A program made the translations under genes and the position numbers. Shown in pieces: positions 52,101-64,000 of a DNA stretch of 64,000 nucleotides. The stretch is from Chiloscyllium plagiosum (lineage: Eukaryota), in assembly GCF_004010195.1 (NCBI RefSeq), contig NC_057717.1:23657503-23721502 (forward strand), given 5' to 3'. Position 1 is the stretch's first letter. The number at the start of each line of letters is the position of its first letter. A model generated the notes under the pieces. That model was not told the origin of the DNA. It saw only the letters and a list, made by a program, of their open reading frames with translations, and searched no databases.

Positions 52101-54594
52101 GAAATTTCATTCGCACTGACCTGCCCGTAAGAATAATCTATCTGTTTCAAGCTTTAAGCACGGAATACTTTCCTCACTGCCAACCACTTGTTTAATGCTC
52201 ATGTCATCTCCAAACCTATTTATCAATCCTCATACCACGGTACAACAGATGGCACCTCTATTCCCTCACACAAAGTGATGCATACTATTCTATAACGTTT
52301 ATGAATTTCACAAGCAACAATGGGCATATCATATTCCACGCATCACTAATTTGTTATTAAATTGAGCTGCTGTTAGATAAATTCAGAGCATAGTTAAGGG
52401 GTAATCACTTAACTGGATGTCTCGCGTAACGCACAAGCCAGACCAGGTAAGGGAAGCGGATTTACTCATTCCTAAATGAGCAGATGTTTTTCTGACTCTT
52501 GACAGTTAGATACCTATTCCAGGTTGTATTGACATTGATTTTCACCATGTGCCGAAGTGGGATTTGAATCCATTTTACCAGACTATTGCTCAGGAATTCT
52601 GGATCACTTGTACCAGTGGCATTACCACCACACAACTGTCCTCCTCTGGTAAAAGGTGAAACAACTGTATCTTGAGGAGAAGATTTGTAAAATGTATAGA
52701 CAGTAGAGTACACGTGGAAAGAGCTGAGGATTTCAAAATAATTCTCCACTGTCGCAGAATATGTGACGCACCTGTTTCGGGAGTTATTCTTAGTCTAAGA
52801 GTCTAACAGCATTGAAGAAGACTTTTCAATTCAGTCAGTCAATGCCGACCATGTACCCAATTGAACTGGTCTCACCTACCTGATCGTGGCTCGGGTCCCT
52901 TCAAACCTTTTCAATTCATGAACTTATCCAAATGAATTTTAAATATTGTAACTGCACCTTCATCCATTACTTGCGCTGGCGGTTCATTCCACGCATGAAG
53001 CATTCTGTGTAAAAAAAGTCCCTCATGTCATTTTGAAATCATTTCATTCTCTCTTTAAAAATATGCCCCCTTGTTTTGAACACCCCCGTTCGATGGAAAA
53101 ATGTTCTTGCCATTCACATTTTCTATGTCCCGCTTTATTGTATAAAAATCAAAATGTCTTCCCTCAACCTCCAATGCTTCATTGAGTAACGTGTCAGTTT
53201 ATCCTCTTTCTTGATCCTAAGGAGGTGTTTTAGCAAATATTTGTTGGTTCTTTGTTCAAAAATAAATGTGGTGAGACCTCCCACGCTCGCACTCAAACAT
53301 TCGTAAAAACCTACTACCTCCACATTTTGTTTTAGGACAAGGAATCGCATTAGAAATTTCTCTATTCATGTATTCCACGACATTCATGCCTGTAGAAGTT
53401 AATGCCTGTGTGTTCGTGTATGTATTTGAGTCTCAATGTAGCGTCGCGTGTGTGTACGTCTCTGTGCATACATATGGATGTTTGCGTGTGTGTACATGCA
53501 TGTGTTTGTGAAGGTCTGAATGCATGTGTGTTTGTGTGCCTCTGTGTGCTGTCTGTATGCGTGTGTCTCTGTGTCTGTGTGTTTCTTGTCTCTATCTGTC
53601 TCTGCACATCTCTCTGTATATGTGTTTCTGTCTGTGAATCTGGGACAGTGGCTATATGTGCTTTCCGGGTTATGTGTGTGTGTTAGTGTATGTTTCTGTG
53701 TTGTGGGCATTGCAGTGCATCTCTTTCTTCTTTTTATCTCTGTATGTCTCTTTGTCTTTCCCTGTGTTCGTGTCTGGTGTGTGTTTATGGATGCATCTTT
53801 GTGTGTGTCTCTGGGTGTTTATATTTATTGCGTCTTAATGCAACAGTATGCATGCATGATTGTCTGCATGTCTGTGTCTTTATCTCTGTGCATTCGGTTG
53901 TTTGTTATTTTAGCGATGAAGTCTTTGAAACAGGGTACACTCTTGTCTCTCTCTGCCTGTCTCTCTTGTATTTAAAGTGATACTGTCGATGCTAATGTTT
54001 ATGCCTGTCTCTTTCCATGCTTGTGTCTCTGTGAGTGCATACATCTCTGTTTGCAGAGTGGAATCGAATTGTGCTGTTGGAAGATGATTGAAAGAATTAA
54101 AATGTGGTGAATTCAACGCTCAGATTGCCTCTCTCTCTCTCTCTCTCGCTCTCTCTCTCTGTCTCTGTGCCTTCTGTCCCTCCAGTGATACAAGACCATC
54201 GTCTGCTGGACGCTGCATGCCATTGCATAAGCTGCAGATTAAATTTTTGGAGGAAACAACTAAGTCTGCAATCGTCTCACATTGCATGTTTCGTTCTTCA
54301 AATAATGCATTTCGAGAAATGAGAGATTTACCTAATTCCTTGAGATACTCTTTGCTGAGATATGAAGGGAAGGAGATGAACACGACCAGTGCCATACTCT
54401 CCACGTTTGAATTATTTCTCACTTAGAATTTCTGATTGTACATCAGAAAAAAACCCGTAAGCTGTAAAAAGTGTAATCAAATTCACCCTATCTTCCAATG
54501 AAACGGTTCACTCGCTGGTACATGTTAGCAATTACAGTGGAAACACTCTTTGTAATGTGTATAATGAAAAGAATACTGCAAAAAGACAAATTAA

Positions 54595-56452
54595 GCTAAG
54601 AGCAGTAAGGAGGGGACATGAAAGGTCCTTAGTTGGTAGGATTAGGGAAAACCCTAAGGCTTTCTATAGGTATGTCAGGAATAAAAGAATGACTAGGGTA
54701 GGAATAGGTCCAGTCAAGGATAGTAGTGCGAAGTTGCGTGTGGAGGCTGAAGAGATTGGGGAGATACTGAATCAATACTTTTCGTCAGTATTCACTCAGG
54801 AACAGGACATTGTTGCCGATGTGAATACTGAGTCACAATTAAGTAGAATGAATGGCTTTGAGGTATGTAGGGAAGAGGTGTTGGAAATACTGCAAAGGGT
54901 GAAAATAGTTAAGTCCCCTGGGCCTGATGGCATTTATCCCAGGATTCTCTGGGAAGCAAGGGAGGAGATTGCAGAGCCATTGGCCTTGATTTTGGATGTC
55001 CTCGTTGTCTACAGGAGTAGTGCCAGAAGTCCGGAGGCGAGCAAATGTGGTTCCCTTGTTCAAGAAGCGAGTAGGGATAACCCTAGTAACTATACGCTGG
55101 TGAGTCTCACTTCTGTTGTGGGCAAATTCTTAGGGAGAATTGTAAGGGATAGGATTTATGAACATCTGGATAGGTTTAATGTGATCAAGGATAGTCAGCA
55201 TGGTTTTGTGAAGGGCAGGTCGTGCCTCACAAACCTTATTGAATTCTTTGAGAAGGTGACTAAGGAGGTGGACGAGGGGAAAGCAGTAGATGTGGTGTAT
55301 ATGGATTTTAGAAAGGCGTTTGATAAGGTTCCCCATGGTAGGTTACTTCAAAAAATGCGGAGGTATGGCATTGAGGGTGAGTTGGAGGTTTGGATTAGGA
55401 ATTGGCTGGCTGGAAGAACACTGAGGGTAGTAGTTGATTGTAAAGGTTCATCTTGGAGTGCCGCTACGAGCGGTGTTCCGCAAGGATCTGTTTTGGGACC
55501 ATTGCTGTTTGTAATTTTTATAAATGACCTGGAGGAGGGGCTAGAAGGTTGGGTGAGCAAGTTTGCGATGATACGAAAGTCGAAGGAGTTGTTGACAGTG
55601 AGGTAGGATGTGGCAGGTTACAGCGGGATATAGATAAGCTGCAGAACTGGGCAGAAAGGTGGCAAATGGAGTTCAATGTAGCTAAGTGTGAGGTGATTCA
55701 CTTTAGTAAGAGTAACAAAAAGATGGGGTACTGGGCTAATGGTCGGATACTTGGTAGTGTGGATGAGCAGAGGGATCTTGGTGTCCATGTACACAGATCT
55801 TTGAAAGTTGCCACCCAGGTAAATAGTGCGGTGAAGAAGGCATATGGCGTACTGGCTTTTATTAGTAGAGGAATTGAGTTCCGGAGTACTGAAATCATGT
55901 TGCAGTTGTATAAGACTCTGGTGCGGCCGCACGTGGAGTATTGTGTGCACTTTTGGTCGCCATACTATAGGAAGGATGTGGAGGCACTGGAACTGGTGCA
56001 AAGGAGGTTTACCAGGATGTTGCCTGGTATGGTAGGAAGATCGTATGAGGAAAGGCTGAGGCACTTGGGTTTGTTTTCATTGGAGTAAAGAAGGTTTAGG
56101 GGTGACTTGATAAAGGTGTACAAGATGAGTAGAGGTTCAGATAGGGTTGACCGTGAGAACCTTTTTCCACGTATGGAGTCAGCTATTACGAGGGGGCATA
56201 GCTTTAAATTAAGGGTTGGTAGGTATAGGACAGATGTTAGGGGTAGGATCTTTACTCAGCGAGTCATGAGTTCATGGAATGCCCTGCCAGTAGCAGTGGT
56301 GGACTCTCCCTCTTTATGGGCATTTAAATGGGCATTGGATAGGCATATGGAGGATAGTGGGCTAGTGTAGGTTAGGTGGGCTTGGATCGGCGCAACATCG
56401 AGGGCCAAAGGGCATGTACTGCGCAGTATTCTTCAATGTTCTATTTTCTATG
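54595..56452 (+). mobile_element. young 5'-truncated CR1 (HER1-like) LINE, RT domain
   Basis: ORFs 54557-55606 and 55549-56088: [53 protein letters not shown], and FA-DDTK split by a frameshift. (TTCTATG)-type tail, TTAA flanking repeat, empty site near 37057. Confidence 0.95.
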
Positions 56453-56783
56453 TTAATGCCACATTGCAGTGGGAGCACAACAATTCTGCACAAGAACATG
56501 TTGTTCACTGAGGGACATCAGTCCAATTGCAAGCCTCTCTATGCCACGCTTCAGTGTGTCCCTGTCTGCGTGTATCTGTTTGCCTGCGTGTGTTGATGGT
56601 GCTGCCAGTTAGGATGGTGCTGTCCTCTCTGTCTCCCTGACTCATTGCATCCTTGATGGTTTTCACCCTCGAGCAGCCCGACGTGCAATGGGACAGGGAG
56701 TCCAGCAGCTTTGTATCGCTTCAACACAAGGGAGATTGAATGCACTATTTTGCCTCCACCCTAAAACACGATATTTCTGATTA

Positions 56784-58410
56784 TAGAACATAGAACATAG
56801 AACATAGAACAACATAGCACAGAACAGGCACAGACAAGATGTTGTCCCGAACATTTGTCCTAGCTTAAGCACCCATCCATGTACCTATCCAATTGCCGCT
56901 TAAAGGTCACCAAAGATTCTGACTCTACCACTCCCACAAGCAGCGCATTCCATTCCCTCACCACTCTCTGGGTAAACAACCCACTCCTGACATCTCCCCA
57001 TACCTTCCACCCTTCACCTTAAATTTATGTCTCCTTGTAACACTCTGTTGTACCCGGGAAAAAGTTTCTGATTGTCTACTTTATCTATTCCTCTGATCAT
57101 CTGAAAAACCTCTATCAAGTCACCCCTCATCCTTCGCCGTTGCAACGAGAAAAGGCCTAGCACTCTCAACCTATCCTCGTACGACCTATTCCCCATTCCA
57201 GGCAAAATCCTGATCATTCTTCTTTGCACCCTCTCCAAAGCTTCCACATCTTTCCTAAAGTGAGGCGACCTGAACTGCACACTGTACTACAAATGTGGCC
57301 TAACCAAAGTCCTCTACAGTTGCAACATCACTTCACGACTCTTGAATTCAATCCCTCTGCTAATGAACGCTAATACACCATAGGCCTTCTTACAAGCTCT
57401 ATCCACGTGAGTGGCAACTTTCAAAGACCTATGAACATAGACCCCAAGATCCCTCTGTTCCTCCACCTCACTAAGAACCCTACCATTAACCCTGTATTCC
57501 GCATTCTTATTTGTCTTTCCAAAATAGACAANNNNNNNNNNNNNNNNNNNNNNNNNNNNNNNNNNNNNNNNNNNNNNNNNNNNNNNNNNNNNNNNNNNNN
57601 NNNNNNNNNNNNNNNNNNNNNNNNNNNNNNNNNNNNNNNNNNNNNNNNNNNNNNNNNNNNNNNNNNNNNNNNNNNNNNNNNNNNNNNNNNNNNNNNNNNN
57701 NNNNNNNNNNNNNNNNNNNNNNNNNNNNNNNNNNNNNNNNNNNNNNNNNNNNNNNNNNNNNNNNNNNNNNNNNNNNNNNNNNNNNNNNNNNNNNNNNNNN
57801 NNNNNNNNNNNNNNNNNNNNNNNNNNNNNNNNNNNNNNNNNNNNNNNNNNNNNNNNNNNNNNNNNNNNNNNNNNNNNNNNNNNNNNNNNNNNNNNNNNNN
57901 NNNNNNNNNNNNNNNNNNNNNNNNNNNNNNNNNNNNNNNNNNNNNNNNNNNNNNNNNNNNNNNNNNNNNNNNNNNNNNNNNNNNNNNNNNNNNNNNNNNN
58001 NNNNNNNNNNNNNNNNNNNNNNNNNNNNNNNNNNNNNNNNNNNNNNNNNNNNNNNNNNNNNNNNNNNNNNNNNNNNNNNNNNNNNNNNNNNNNNNNNNNN
58101 NNNNNNNNNNNNNNNNNNNNNNNNNNNNGGACCTACCCTCGTTCTCGTCATTCTCATGTTTCTCACATACGCATAAAATGCCTTTGGGTTATCCTTGATC
58201 CTATCCGCCAAAGATTTTTCATGCCCTCTCTTAGCTCTCCTAATCCCTTTCTTCAGGTCCCTTCTGGGTATCCTGTATCCCTTCACTGCTCTGTCTGAAC
58301 CCTGTTTCGTCAACCTTATGTAAGCCTCTTTCTTCCTCTTTACAAGACATCCAACCTCCCTCGTCAACCAAGGTTCCCTCACACGACCATTTCTGTCCTG
58401 CCTGACAGGT
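56784..58410 (-). mobile_element. young 5'-truncated CR1 (HER1-like) LINE spanning a gap
   Basis: (TAGAACA)n tail at 56784; RKDVEALERVQRR; EPWLTREV..IKDNPKAFY; empty site near 37389. Confidence 0.9.
57532..58128. other. assembly gap (597 N)
   Basis: N run. Confidence 0.99.
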
Positions 58411-61400
58411 ACGACATTGAACGATCAGCGCATTTGAATTGGACAGTTTGATGTTGAAAAATAGGGAAGCGTGTCATTTGATTCGTGGGTAGGTTTCGAT
58501 AATGTCATGTGTTCACTTGTCAACATTTCTCACATTATAACAGCATATCATTGACTGTTTGTGCCACTGAAATGGGGTTTGTTGTATGAGTACTGACGAG
58601 TGAGACTGTGCATATAATAGTGAACCGTTTTCAGATGACTTATTCTATTTCATCTGAACACTCTGAAGGATTGGATTTTGATGACGACTTAAGGAGGATT
58701 CGAAGCTGGTCGAACAATCCAGGAGGAAATTCTGTTTACATGGGCAATTCATTTTGCACTACAATGGGGACTCCGTCGGTTCCCAGCTCAACACCGCTTA
58801 CATTGGGATAAGGAATCTCTGTCAAGAGTGCGATGGAATATTTCCGACTTGTTTGGATAGGTGCAGCTCCAACAACATTCTGGAAGTTGGACACCGTCCA
58901 GGAGAAATCAGACTGTTTCACTGACAGATATTCATAATCATTCTCAGCACCATATGGCCCACTGCAGAAATTGTCCACAGGGCCTTAGACAGCACCTTCC
59001 AAACCCATGACCACATGCATTTGGAAGGGCAAGTGCAGCAGAGATACCAGCTCTGCCAAGCCCTATAAGGCTCCAAACAAAACTGGGGTGGCATGGTGTC
59101 TCGTTGGTTAGCATTGCTGCCTCCCAGGAATCCACGTTCGATTCCAGCCTCGGCTAATTGGCTGTGTTGAGTTTGCAAATTCTCCCCGTCTCTGCATTGG
59201 TTTCCCGCAGGTGCTACGCTTTCCTCCCACAGTCCAATAATGTGCAGGGGAGCTGAATTGGTCATGCTAAGTCACCTAAAATGTTCAGGGCTTTATAGGT
59301 TATGTGCATTAGTCAGGATAAATGTAGAGTGATTGGGTAGGGGAATGGGTCAGAGTGGATTATTCTTCGGAGGGCCAGTGTGGGCCTGTTGGGCCGAAGA
59401 ACCTGTTTCTATACTATAGGATTACTAATTCTAGTCCACGTGTCTTACACAAGTGCAGCACAGCAGAACATGCAGGGCTCCTTTAGTGGAAATCTTTGAG
59501 TGCTGGGATTGCAGTGAAAATTGCACTGTGAATCTACAGAGCTGCGCATGACAAATGTCATGACGTGTAAGTATCAGGAGGGCAACTTGTCAAGATTTGA
59601 ATCTCCTGACCAGAGACGGTGGATGAGAATTTCCAGAAGAGATGGTTGTTTCATCAAGCATCAAAAATCCAAATGGATGCATGTTCTTCATTCCTTTGCT
59701 TAATAACAATTTAAAAAAAAGAACTACCATATATAAATTAGCCAACATGTCCAGCCTCTTGTACCGTTTTTGGAAGAGAGTTCCAAACCTCTCCAACATA
59801 TTGTGTGCATAAGTGGTTCCCAACATCTCTCTTCAATGGTCTGGGCTTCATTTACAGACATTGTTCCCTCATTGCAGAATTCCAATCAATTGAAAGAGTT
59901 TATATCTTCCTTTTACTATCTTTCATTACTTCGCTCAGATCACCCCTTAACCTACAAAGTTCGAGAAAAAAAAGGGCTTCATTTGTATATCAAAAATCGA
60001 AGTTGTTCATCAGGTCTTACAGCAGCTGCGGCCGAAAAAAACAGAGTTATTGTTTCGTGCTCATTGACCGTTCTTTAGAACTAACTAGCTTGATTTCTTC
60101 CGATACCTACAAACCATATGAACTGGAAACAGATGGCAGAAAAATTAGATCAGAAAGCGCTGCATTTGCAGTGATGTTCGGAGAATCTGACAGCAAGTCA
60201 GTGAGTTGGGGAGATAATTGTTCAAAAGCTAGATTCAGAGAGGAGATCAGCAGCCGATCAAAACACGTGCAATTATCATTCTGCCATAGCAGGATTGCTA
60301 ATGAAGACCAGGATGGTGATGATCATCTTCTCCACATGTTGAATTGTTCAATGCATTTCTCGGTGCAAGGCGATCTCTCTCTTCAGACAACTGACAAGCT
60401 CTTTGCTTGAAACTCTGAGCTGATGCAATCACATAGACGTTGCCTTATATTATACATAAGCACTTTGTGGAGATCGAGACTGAAGCATTGCTCAGATTTG
60501 TTGCTGTTTATTCAAATCTCCGAGAAATGAAGAAACTAATTGTAATAACAAGTTTAATCCCAATTTTAGGGAAACATTGCTCGTCAGTTCATGTTAATTG
60601 GCTCACGTTGAGGTATTCCAGAAGTGTTATCATAGACCTGATTCAAACCCTGCAATGATCGATGCTGTGACTTCTAAGATGAAATTCTATATCTTGCGCC
60701 CGTTGACCCAGAGTCACTTGTTACAGAAAAACCCATCCAATTCAATAAAATCCCTTACGGATAAAAAAGTTGCTTTTCCTATCTGCTCAAAGCTACATGT
60801 GACTCCAGATGCACGAAAACTGTTTTGATTGTTGCAGGTCAGTTATCTTAGCTCCAGGGTGCCCCTGCAGGAATTCTTCAAAGTTCTATTCGATATTAAA
60901 CGCCCAATGTTCACCAGCATTCTTAACTTGCCAAATCCTGTAGCATTCCATTTCAAAATGGAGTAAGATTCTGGCAATGTGCAGGCCTGGGCAGACGAGT
61001 GAAGTTAATTTAACAGCTGCTAAACAAAATAATCTAATCAACACCTCTGGAAATTAAACAGCGTTTCGACTGATGGTATCCAACATTCTACAACCTGGGA
61101 GTTACCGTTAATCCAAAAATAATTGTCCTCACAACATAAATATTGTGGGTACAAGAGCAGGGCACATGGCAAGTACACAGCTGTGAGTATTGAACTTCTT
61201 GACTTCAAGAGCTTCTCCAGTACTTGCAACGCGCACTTCAAAGGTGTGATGGAATATCCGCACTTGACTGGTCAAATGTATCGCCAACAACCCTCAAGAT
61301 GTTGCACAACACCATGATTAAATTTTCATGCAAAATGACAATGCTGTGGACATTTGATATCTGTAATGAGAGCAGAAAGCGCTGGAGAAGTTTAGCAAGT

Positions 61401-64000
61401 CCATCAGCATACTTGGAGAGAAATACAGATTTAACGTTTTGAGTCCAAAATAGCTCTTCTTTCGAACAGTACTGAACAGAAGAAATGTAGGACAAGAAAT
61501 ATTAATTCTCTATCACTTCTCGCAGTTTTTCCCAGGCCAGCTTAGTTTCTTCAAAACTGTTCATCCATGGCAAAGGAGCCAGTTCGATTGGCATCTTATC
61601 TGCTAATTGTAATCCATTCACCCCTGATATTCAGTAGCAGTTTTTTTGTGTCATCAACAATTTCCCTTACACAGCACCCTCCAACTGAACAACCACTGCC
61701 TGCATAAAGGCAAATAAAATAGATGAATGAGAATACCAGTATCTGCATATACCCTGCGAAACTACTAAACATCCTCACTTGGACAGATACTCCTTCAGTC
61801 AGTTCTTCACGGCCCAAATGCATCGGAAGACTGCTCTCCTTCCCTCACTTCAAAATATCCACATAGTTTAATGATGTGTTCATTTAAACTTTATCAAGCT
61901 CTTTTGTTAGGAGGTCAACACTTGCTGGGAGGTGAGAAAAGTATAACGCATCAGCTGTAGAGTCAACAGTACCAGGTTGCAAATATGCATCCCTTTGTTC
62001 TTTCAGCAGATCCATTTAATCAGATATTTGCCATAAGCTGACTCAATCACTCGCCATGAATAAAAATGCTGAATTTGATGCTGAAGTTTCACAGGGCCTA
62101 TTTTCCAGCTACAATTCCGTTTCAATGAAATTCGCATTGCCATCCAGTTCCAATTGAGATGGACAGTTGTTAGTTAATTCTGTCTTAAATAATCAGTGAA
62201 AATGCGATATTTTCCATTATACATGTAGGCTGCTGAGTTCTACCATGCCCTATGCTTTTAAAGTATGGGCCTTAGTAAATAGAATCCCTACAGTGTGAAA
62301 ATAGGCCTATTGGGCCTACCAAGTCCACACACCCCCTCCAAAAATATTCCAAACTGACCCAATCCCCTACCCTATTACTTTACAATGCTCCTGACACTGG
62401 GGCAATTTAGCATGGCCAATTCATCTAACCTGCATATCTTTCGACTGTGGGATAAAAACAAAGCAGACAGAGAGAGAATGTGCAAACTCGAAATAGTCAT
62501 CTGAGAATGGAGTCAAATCCAGGTTCTTGGTGCAATGAGGCAGCAGTGCTAACCACTGAGCCACTGTGCTAACATCAGATTTTCTCCCGAATGAGCCTGA
62601 AGAAAATAAATACGTCACGATAGCTATTTTGCAACAAACTTATAAATATAATATTTTCTTCACAGAGACAGAAGTAGACTAGACATCCTCCAGCACATGG
62701 ACTGAATGTGATCAGTTAAATGGTAGATATTTTGGGACCATTTACGAGCACCTGACGAAAATGAGCTACCTAAAGGCTTGGAAAGAAGTCCTCAATCAAA
62801 CCTGTTGTTCATGATACTCCTCCTGCTTTTACTCAGGTATTTTTCTTCATTTACTCTCTGTCATCTATTCTCAGTAACACAATATTTCTGTTAAAAGCCT
62901 ATCCCAGACGCGTTTCCCCTAGATTTTCTTTAATGTGATTCAATGGCGTTGCCTCTTTGAAGTGTGGAAATTAAGCTCGAGACTGCTGAAACCTCCTCAA
63001 GATACTTCCCCTTTCACAATCAGCTCTTGCCTTCAAACCTTCCCCTCATTTTCAGTCCTACACCATAGAAATAAATTGGAGTCACCCCATTCATGTATGA
63101 CGTTACCGAACATGCCGTCACGTTGCATCACCCTCTCCCAAGGAACAGCACATGTCTCTGCTGGTTATGGATGTCTTTCACATCCATCTGGGATGATGGG
63201 AAAAGTGATTTGCATTTATCTATCCACAATCAAAATGAACCTGAATCTGAGAAATTACCATTCCAATCATTTTGCAAGTCTACATTTTACAAGTCGATAA
63301 ATGAGACTAATTCGACTATCTGTAAAATACATTAAGAAACACAAGATTTGATCATATTGGTAATAAGCTGTGATGTATGACCGAAGTGTGAGCACTGAAT
63401 GCTCCGCTTTAATTTGAACAAGTGCAGATTTCCAGTTGCAGTTCCTGTGAGGGAATGGGAATATCGCTTGCAGACATTCAAAATGACATCTGGAATTACC
63501 ATTTGTCTTTCTCACTGACTGGCAAATCTCATGATTACAATAATTTTCGTAAACTCCCTATCGTGTGGAAGTAGGCTGTGTGGCCTATCAAGTCAACAAC
63601 AACCCGTTGTAGATTGCCCAACAAGACTCACCTACTACTCTATCCCCTTACATTTCGCCATAGCTAAATAACCGAACCAACACATCCCAGGACAGTTTGG
63701 GTATTTTTCCATTGGCCAGTCAAACGAAACTACACACTATTTGACTGTGGGAGAAAACTCACGCACACACAGGGAAAATGCAAACACGACAGAGACATTC
63801 GCCAAAGGCTGGAATCGAACTGGAGCCCTGGCACAGAGAGGCAGGATTACTAAGCACTTTCATTCTTCCATGTGATCACTGGGTTCAAACTAAATGAAAT
63901 GTAAATGCCTCAGGAAAAGCTTTGAAACATGAATTGTCTCTTGAGGATTTGTTTTTCTTTGAAAGTGAACCAAATTCAAAAGTACATATGCTGCAACAGT

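Larger units (their letters stand above)
49880..63535 (-). pseudogene. candidate decayed NACHT-domain gene (NWD-like), copy 2
   Basis: Paralog of 32516-42850 (ORFs 49982-50248, 54120-54422, 59590-59826), further interrupted by two CR1 insertions. Confidence 0.33.
44571..64000 (+). repeat. segmental duplication, copy 2 (runs off the window)
   Basis: Colinear with 28321-43313, plus three copy-specific insertions. Confidence 0.95.

Noticed and set aside
54557-56088. 349-aa and 179-aa ORFs as a host gene or active RT
   Set aside because: 5'-truncated CR1 ORF2 with a frameshift at the FADD motif and a premature stop.
56784-56812. (TAGAACA)n short repeat as a CRISPR-like or satellite array
   Set aside because: It is the CR1 3' tail; there are no spacers and the context is eukaryotic.
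59805-60410. 201-aa plus-strand ORF
   Set aside because: No recognisable motif, broken in the paralog (38772-39443), and antisense to the putative NACHT remnant.

Overview
Eukaryotic, repeat-dense, gene-poor vertebrate DNA. The repeat set (HE1-type tRNA-derived SINEs, HER1-like CR1 LINEs, Penelope-like ends) points by inference to a cartilaginous fish, probably a shark. There are four assembly gaps: 1174-1673 and 44071-44570 (exactly 500 N each, probably scaffolding placeholders), 22681-23044 and 57532-58128. I found no intact host protein-coding gene; the only candidate is a CpG-rich first exon/promoter at 1-250 on the minus strand. Two large duplications dominate: (1) a ~19-kb palindrome (1674-10170 inverted against 14008-20939) with patchy arm identity; (2) a diverged direct segmental duplication (28321-43313 vs 44571-64000). 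The direct duplication carries a Gmr1-type Gypsy element and what may be a decayed NACHT (NWD1/2-like) gene. Several Penelope-type minimal hammerhead ribozyme motifs are present. The most unusual object is a 1-kb insertion (45249-46249) with inverted hammerhead-bearing Penelope ends around a captured CR1 endonuclease fragment; it has a 15-bp target-site duplication and an empty site in the paralog. Protein family assignments were made by eye and need HMM or BLAST confirmation.
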